DNA of 64,000 bases from the NCBI GenBank assembly GCA_043808155.1, contig JAZDFD010000001.1, positions 30,122 to 94,121 on the forward strand. Reading direction: 5' to 3'. The position numbers were made by a program, and so were the translations under genes. The stretch is from Candidatus Iainarchaeum sp. (GTDB taxonomy: Archaea; Iainarchaeota; Iainarchaeia; Iainarchaeales; JAZDFD01). Position 1 is the first letter of the stretch; every line of letters begins with the position of its first letter. Below the pieces are notes generated by a model. It made no database searches. It was not told the DNA's origin and saw nothing but the letters and a program-made list of their open reading frames with translations. This document shows, in pieces, positions 59,464 to 64,000 of the stretch.

Positions 59464-61113
59464 TTATTTCTTTTTTGCTTTCTTCTCAGATTTTTTTTGG
59501 GATACTTTGTCTAGTGCAAATCCCATTTCTTCAGCAAATGTTTTTTCAAAGTCATCAAGTTCTGCCATTTTCTGATCTATTTTCTTTATACGTAAATTAA
59601 TTTGTTTTTCAACATTTTTGCTTTGTTCATTCAGAGCATTAATTGAGTTATTGAATTTACCAACATTGTTTTCAATTACTTTTACAAACTGCTGTTTGAA
59701 AAGTTCCAAATCCTTCATTGCAATTTTAAAAGAGTCAGGATCAATTTCAGAAAGTAACTCTTCTTTGAAGGAATCAAGCTCATCTAATTTATCAGAAACA
59801 ATTTTTTCATAATCAGTTTTGTGTTCTTGCATTGCCTGATCAATTTTGTATTCTGCTAATTCTTTAAGACCTTTTAATTTTCCTTCTTTCTCGTCTAATT
59901 TTTCCTGTGCAGATTTATCGAACGCTTTTAGTTTTGATTCTACCCGTGAATCAAGACCTTTGAAAACAATTTTTTGTTCTTCTGCTAATCGTTTTGAAAT
60001 TTCTTCGAATGTATCAAGTTGTTTGTTTATTCTTTCCGGGTTTACTTTGTCTCTTAAGATACGCAGAGCCTGCATTTCAACATCAATTTCTGCTTTTATC
60101 TGCTCGGTTTTTTCAAGTGCAAGCTGATCTATTTTATCATTTGCATCCTTTACAACACCTTCGGCAATATTTGATTCTAATTCTAAAGTTCTTGAAACTC
60201 TTTCATCAATTTCCTGCATTTTGGATGTTGCATTTTCTAAAAATTCCTGAGCATCACTTTTGTTTCGTATCATGTCAGCAGTTAAATCCTGAACTAATTT
60301 TTGTTTTGTGTTTTGTAAATCAGACATTTTAGATTCAATTTCATTAAAAGTTGCTTTGTATTGTGCTTCTTTCCTTTCCAATTCATGCATATTATTTCTT
60401 ACAGACTCATTGAGAGTTTTCATCTCACGTATTTTTGTATCTATAATTTCTGTGATTTCTCCGACTTTTGAATCTAATTTTGAATTTACCCTATCAGCCA
60501 TAAGTTTTTGCTGGGATTCGAAAATTAATTTTTCCTGCATTAATCCTTTATCAACAGACGCTTTTATTTTCGCATCTAAAATAGCATCTATTTCTTCCCT
60601 TAATTTTTTCATTTCATGTACTTTCTGATCAACAGTAACAAGGATTCCTTTTTCCCAAAGTTTATTTAGATTCACAGATCTGTGAACAATTACTTGTGGT
60701 GCTTGCACATGCGGAACTGGTTTTGGTTTTTGAACAGATTTTGGTACGGATTTATGAATTGTTTTTTCTGTTTTTTTCTTTGGTTTTGGATCTTCTTCCA
60801 AATCATCCAAACCCGCAACTATTTCCTCTGTGTTTTCCATTGCCTCTTCCTCTGAAATTTCATTTTCAGCTGCAATGTCTTTGCTTGCTTCTGCTAAATT
60901 TATTGCAACATCGCGCATTACTTTTCCCGAATCTTTTTCGATTTCTTCCTGCTCTTTCTTTTTAACGGGAATTCCTTTTGCTTCTGAAATTAAATCATTT
61001 GCTTCGCTTTCAGAAACTCCGATTTCTTTCAGATTGAGAAGTATCTCTTCATCCAAAACATTCAGGGCAATCAGTTTCTTTATTGAATCCAGAATTACAC
61101 TTTTCTTATTCAT
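59464..61113 (-). CDS. Long coiled-coil hypothetical protein
   Basis: 549 aa, E/K-rich heptads. Confidence 0.7.
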   Translation of the reverse strand: MNKKSVILDSIKKLIALNVLDEEILLNLKEIGVSESEANDLISEAKGIPVKKKEQEEIEKDSGKVMRDVAINLAEASKDIAAENEISEEEAMENTEEIVAGLDDLEEDPKPKKKTEKTIHKSVPKSVQKPKPVPHVQAPQVIVHRSVNLNKLWEKGILVTVDQKVHEMKKLREEIDAILDAKIKASVDKGLMQEKLIFESQQKLMADRVNSKLDSKVGEITEIIDTKIREMKTLNESVRNNMHELERKEAQYKATFNEIESKMSDLQNTKQKLVQDLTADMIRNKSDAQEFLENATSKMQEIDERVSRTLELESNIAEGVVKDANDKIDQLALEKTEQIKAEIDVEMQALRILRDKVNPERINKQLDTFEEISKRLAEEQKIVFKGLDSRVESKLKAFDKSAQEKLDEKEGKLKGLKELAEYKIDQAMQEHKTDYEKIVSDKLDELDSFKEELLSEIDPDSFKIAMKDLELFKQQFVKVIENNVGKFNNSINALNEQSKNVEKQINLRIKKIDQKMAELDDFEKTFAEEMGFALDKVSQKKSEKKAKKK

Positions 61114-61225
61114 GTCGCAAATAGAAGGAAATAAGAATATAAAAAACTAACGAGTCCGGAGTTTTGTCTGGTAAAATGGCAGAAAAAGAAAAACATTATT
61201 AAACTGTGGAGAACATATTTTTAAC

Positions 61226-61738
61226 ATGGCAGGACCATCAAAACGCACAAATCTTAGAACAGCAAAACCAAAACCCCAACGTCCAAAGGATAGTAAAATT
61301 AACCCGCTATATCTTCTTGATGGATTTAGAGAATCCAGTTTCCAACGCGAAGAACTTAAGAAACAAGCCCAAACTAAACCTGCAGGTGCCTTCAGAAAAA
61401 AATCTATTGAACTTATCGGATTAGAGCCTGACGTAAGAAGAGTAGCTAAAAAATACCATGAACTAAGGTTATTGTTGCTTGAGGAAATTTTAGAAAATGA
61501 AAATGTGCCCTCAGATAAATTAGCTGAGCATTTATATTCAGTATATCCTATTTTACGTACTGAAGCAAGAATAAACGAACCTTCAATTTCACAAAACATG
61601 GGAAAAAACATAATTAGCAAGCTGAATAGAATTAATGTTAGAATAAGTAATTTATCAACACCAGGAACAGAAATAGAACGCAGGAAATTAATAGATAAAA
61701 TTAATGAACTAATTCCTTTGATAAAAGAAATGCACTGA
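61226..61738 (+). CDS. Hypothetical protein with basic/Pro-rich N-terminus
   Basis: 170-aa ORF. Confidence 0.5.
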   Translation: MAGPSKRTNLRTAKPKPQRPKDSKINPLYLLDGFRESSFQREELKKQAQTKPAGAFRKKSIELIGLEPDVRRVAKKYHELRLLLLEEILENENVPSDKLAEHLYSVYPILRTEARINEPSISQNMGKNIISKLNRINVRISNLSTPGTEIERRKLIDKINELIPLIKEMH

Positions 61739-61852
61739 TTTTATGAGACAATCAGGATTTGAATCATAGTCTAATTTATGAATGAACAGTTCATTCTTTT
61801 TGACAGATTATATTATCACAATAATATTTACAAAAGATGAAATTTAATTTTA

Positions 61853-61880
61853 TGGGCCCTACGGGATTTGAACCCGTGAC
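61853..61880 (-). pseudogene. 3' half (positions 46-73) of an interrupted tRNA
   Basis: GTC-ACGGG-TTCAAAT-CCCGT-AGGGCCC-A; acceptor strand complements 62846-62852. Confidence 0.85.
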
Positions 61881-61909
61881 AAAAATAAAAGCTTGGGGCA
61901 CTTGCCCAA
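61881..61909 (-). terminator. Hairpin + T-run downstream of the nested tRNA-Ala
   Basis: TTGGGC-AAGT-GCCCCAA followed by TTTTATTTTT. Confidence 0.5.
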
Positions 61910-61910
61910 A

Positions 61911-62002
61911 TGGACTCTGCGGGAATCGAACCCGCCGTCTCACGATCTTTGTCAAATTAAATTTGTTGCCAACCGTGCGTGTTACCGCTACACCAAGAGC
62001 CC
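61911..62002 (-). tRNA. tRNA-Ala(GGC) with 20-nt intron at 37/38 (61947-61966), nested inside the interrupted tRNA
   Basis: GGGCTCT/AGAGTCC-A with G3:U70; CACGG-TTGGCA|intron|A-TCGTG; GCGGG-TTCGATT-CCCGC; relaxed BHB. Confidence 0.88.
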
Positions 62003-62761
62003 GACTCTTTTCCTTTTATATGGTTTTACTAGTTGTAGAAACGGTTTTACTGACCTTTTCCAAAGATAAATATGATAAATATCTTTAAAACCCGAACGTA
62101 TTATTACACGAAGACTGCAAATTATATCAAAACCATCTAAAATTTCTTTGATTTGGTACGCTAGTTTTTTTGATGTAGTACAATAAACTATTTTTATATT
62201 TCCATCAGCAGCCCTACAAACAGTGCCATCTGTGTCTAAAAAACCCCTTAAAAAACCTATCAGAAACCCCTCAGAAAAATTTAATTTTTTTAATCCGACA
62301 GTACAATGTTTAATTTTCGGATCATATTCTAAATAATTTTTAAAATGATTAGAAATTTTTTTTGAATTTGTTCTTAATCTAAATCTCTCCCGTGACTCAC
62401 TTAGCAAATTAAATTTCTTATTAAAATATTTCCCAAATAGATCTTTTACATAATAAACATAATCAGTTTTTCCAAAATGAACATTAACTTCATAGTGGCC
62501 TCTTTTTGTATCATGATATTGGCTACCATCACCAGCAAATATACCTACAATTTCACCTTCCAATCCAGAATAATTCAAATCAAATTCAGGTTCAAAATAT
62601 GTTCTCCCTCTTAATTTTCTAAAATAATAATATATTGTTGTTTTTGGCAACCCAGTTTCTTTTGCAATTTTGTTCAGTGAACTTCCGTCTTTAATTAATT
62701 GAAGCATTTTTGTTTTTGCTTCTTCGGGAATCCTAGATAAACTAAATGACTCTCTCAGCAT
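61988..62761 (-). CDS. Free-standing HTH + double-motif LAGLIDADG homing endonuclease
   Basis: N-terminal HTH 'SLNKIAKETGLPKTTIYY'; motifs IVGIFAGDG and FLRGFLDTDG; no intein splice blocks. Confidence 0.9.
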   Translation of the reverse strand: MLRESFSLSRIPEEAKTKMLQLIKDGSSLNKIAKETGLPKTTIYYYFRKLRGRTYFEPEFDLNYSGLEGEIVGIFAGDGSQYHDTKRGHYEVNVHFGKTDYVYYVKDLFGKYFNKKFNLLSESRERFRLRTNSKKISNHFKNYLEYDPKIKHCTVGLKKLNFSEGFLIGFLRGFLDTDGTVCRAADGNIKIVYCTTSKKLAYQIKEILDGFDIICSLRVIIRSGFKDIYHIYLWKRSVKPFLQLVKPYKRKRVGLLV

Positions 62762-62820
62762 AATAAAATTTGCAATTTTCTTATTTTTAAAGAACTTGTA
62801 AGAGTAGATTTCCAGTGAAC

Positions 62821-62852
62821 AAAGAGCGATCTACCAGCTGATCTAAGGGCCC
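62821..62852 (-). pseudogene. 5' half (positions 1-32) of an interrupted tRNA
   Basis: GGGCCCT-TA-GATC-AGCTGGTA-GATC-G-CTCTT-T. Confidence 0.85.
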
Positions 62853-62877
62853 ATAGCTAAATAAGACTGAGAAAAGC

Positions 62878-62891
62878 TATTAAAACTTTTA
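62878..62891 (-). promoter_or_regulatory. BRE/TATA promoter of the interrupted tRNA
   Basis: AAAAAG-TTTTAATA, with the TATA 26-33 nt upstream of G1 (62852). Confidence 0.55.
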
Positions 62892-62899
62892 GAATCAGT

Positions 62900-63118
62900 T
62901 TAAGGAGAAATGAAAACTACGTTGTCTCCGCGTAAGAGGATTTTTCCGTATTTTGTTTTTATTTCGCCGTCTTTTAATTCGGCAGCATTTTCAAGAACAA
63001 CATTCATGTGAACATCGAATGCTTTCAAAGTTCCGCGTACGTGCAAATCGTATTTCAGAACAACTAAAACTTCTTTTCCAATGCTTTCGTTCAAAAGATC
63101 GAATGGTCTGCTTGTCAT
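62900..63118 (-). CDS. Sm-like (LSm/SmAP) protein
   Basis: 'RP.D.L', 'GTL.AFD.HMN.VL' and 'RGDNV'. Confidence 0.93.
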   Translation of the reverse strand: MTSRPFDLLNESIGKEVLVVLKYDLHVRGTLKAFDVHMNVVLENAAELKDGEIKTKYGKILLRGDNVVFISP

Positions 63119-63134
63119 AAAATCACTTTTAGAA

Positions 63135-63923
63135 TCATTTCTTTTTTCTAAACAACTTGTTTAACAGTCTTGTTATAAAGCTTTCTTTCTTTGGCTGCTC
63201 AAACTGAATTGAAAGTCCTGCTAACTTTGCAGCTGACCTGTGAATTGCACCTGACGCAGGTGCTTCTGGTCTGCGAACAATTACAGGAGAAACTTTTTCC
63301 TGCATGAATGATTTTCTTACTTCGTCATCATAAGGAATTTTTCCGTAAATTGGAAGTTCCAGCATTTTCATAATGTCTTCGCTTGAAACTTCACCTTTTT
63401 CATCTCTTATGAAATTAACAATAACTCCGATTGGTTTTGTGTTTAATCTTTGTGCAACAATTTTTGTTTTTAAAACATCTGCAATGGATGGTGAATCAGG
63501 CATTGTAACTAACAACACTTCCTCACATGCACTTAATGCTGAGAGAACATTTTTTTCAATTCCTGCTGCAGCATCTAATAAAACAAAATCATAATCTCCA
63601 GCAACTGATTTTATTACTGACGCTAATCTTTCAGAATCCACTCTTCGATAAGATTCCAAACTTAATCCTGAAGGAATAAAATGCACGCCCTGAGGACCAT
63701 CGTAAATTGCATCTCTTACTGAGCTTTCGCCTAAAAGAACATCATGCAGTGTGATGGGGGAACTTTGCATTCCCAAAAGAAGTGAAAGATTTGCCATTGC
63801 AACATCAGCATCCACTAAAAGAACTTTCTTTCCGCGCATTGCTAATGCAATGCCTAAGTTTGCAGTAATAGTGGTTTTTCCGACTCCGCCTTTTCCAGAT
63901 GCGATTGTTATTATTCTGACCAT
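63135..63923 (-). CDS. minD: MinD family ATPase (archaeal)
   Basis: SGKGGVGKT, DAD..MANL and a C-terminal amphipathic helix. Confidence 0.9.
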   Translation of the reverse strand: MVRIITIASGKGGVGKTTITANLGIALAMRGKKVLLVDADVAMANLSLLLGMQSSPITLHDVLLGESSVRDAIYDGPQGVHFIPSGLSLESYRRVDSERLASVIKSVAGDYDFVLLDAAAGIEKNVLSALSACEEVLLVTMPDSPSIADVLKTKIVAQRLNTKPIGVIVNFIRDEKGEVSSEDIMKMLELPIYGKIPYDDEVRKSFMQEKVSPVIVRRPEAPASGAIHRSAAKLAGLSIQFEQPKKESFITRLLNKLFRKKK

Positions 63924-64000
63924 TTTAATCATCAAAATGCGTTCTTATACATTCCCGTATATTCTCACAATATTCTCATACAATAAAGTCTTAATAGATT

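Noticed and set aside
61837-62088. 83-aa + strand ORF (MGPTGFEPVT...)
   Set aside because: Antisense translation of tRNA sequences.
61988-62761. Intein or group I intron-encoded ORF
   Set aside because: No N-terminal C/S or C-terminal HN splice motifs, no extein, and too little flanking sequence for a group I core.

Overview
AT-rich archaeal genomic segment. Gene content and style suggest a DPANN archaeon, possibly Diapherotrites/Iainarchaeota (inference). Most of it is housekeeping: asnS, aspS, glyS, nop5-fibrillarin, NMD3, aCPSF-like RNase, the exosome/proteasome/RNase P/prefoldin superoperon, rpl15e, a TtuA-like thiolase, LSm and MinD. It also carries amino-acid fermentation genes (carbamate kinase, OTC, ArcE-like arginine synthetase, class III aminotransferase, GDH, ACD beta), a redox/disulfide cluster, toxin-antitoxin pairs and a KaiC/V4R/Roadblock/FIST/triple-wHTH signalling neighbourhood. 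Four intact tRNAs were read by hand: Thr-CGT, Arg-CCT with intron, Val-GAC and Ala-GGC with intron. The most striking feature is at 61853-62852, where the two halves of a tRNA gene are separated by a ~940-bp cassette. The cassette encodes an HTH-LAGLIDADG endonuclease whose stop codon lies inside a complete, nested tRNA-Ala(GGC), which suggests a homing element that destroys a tRNA gene and supplies a replacement. A second notable feature is a dispersed family of GC-rich hairpin-plus-22-nt-motif repeats found at tRNA loci.
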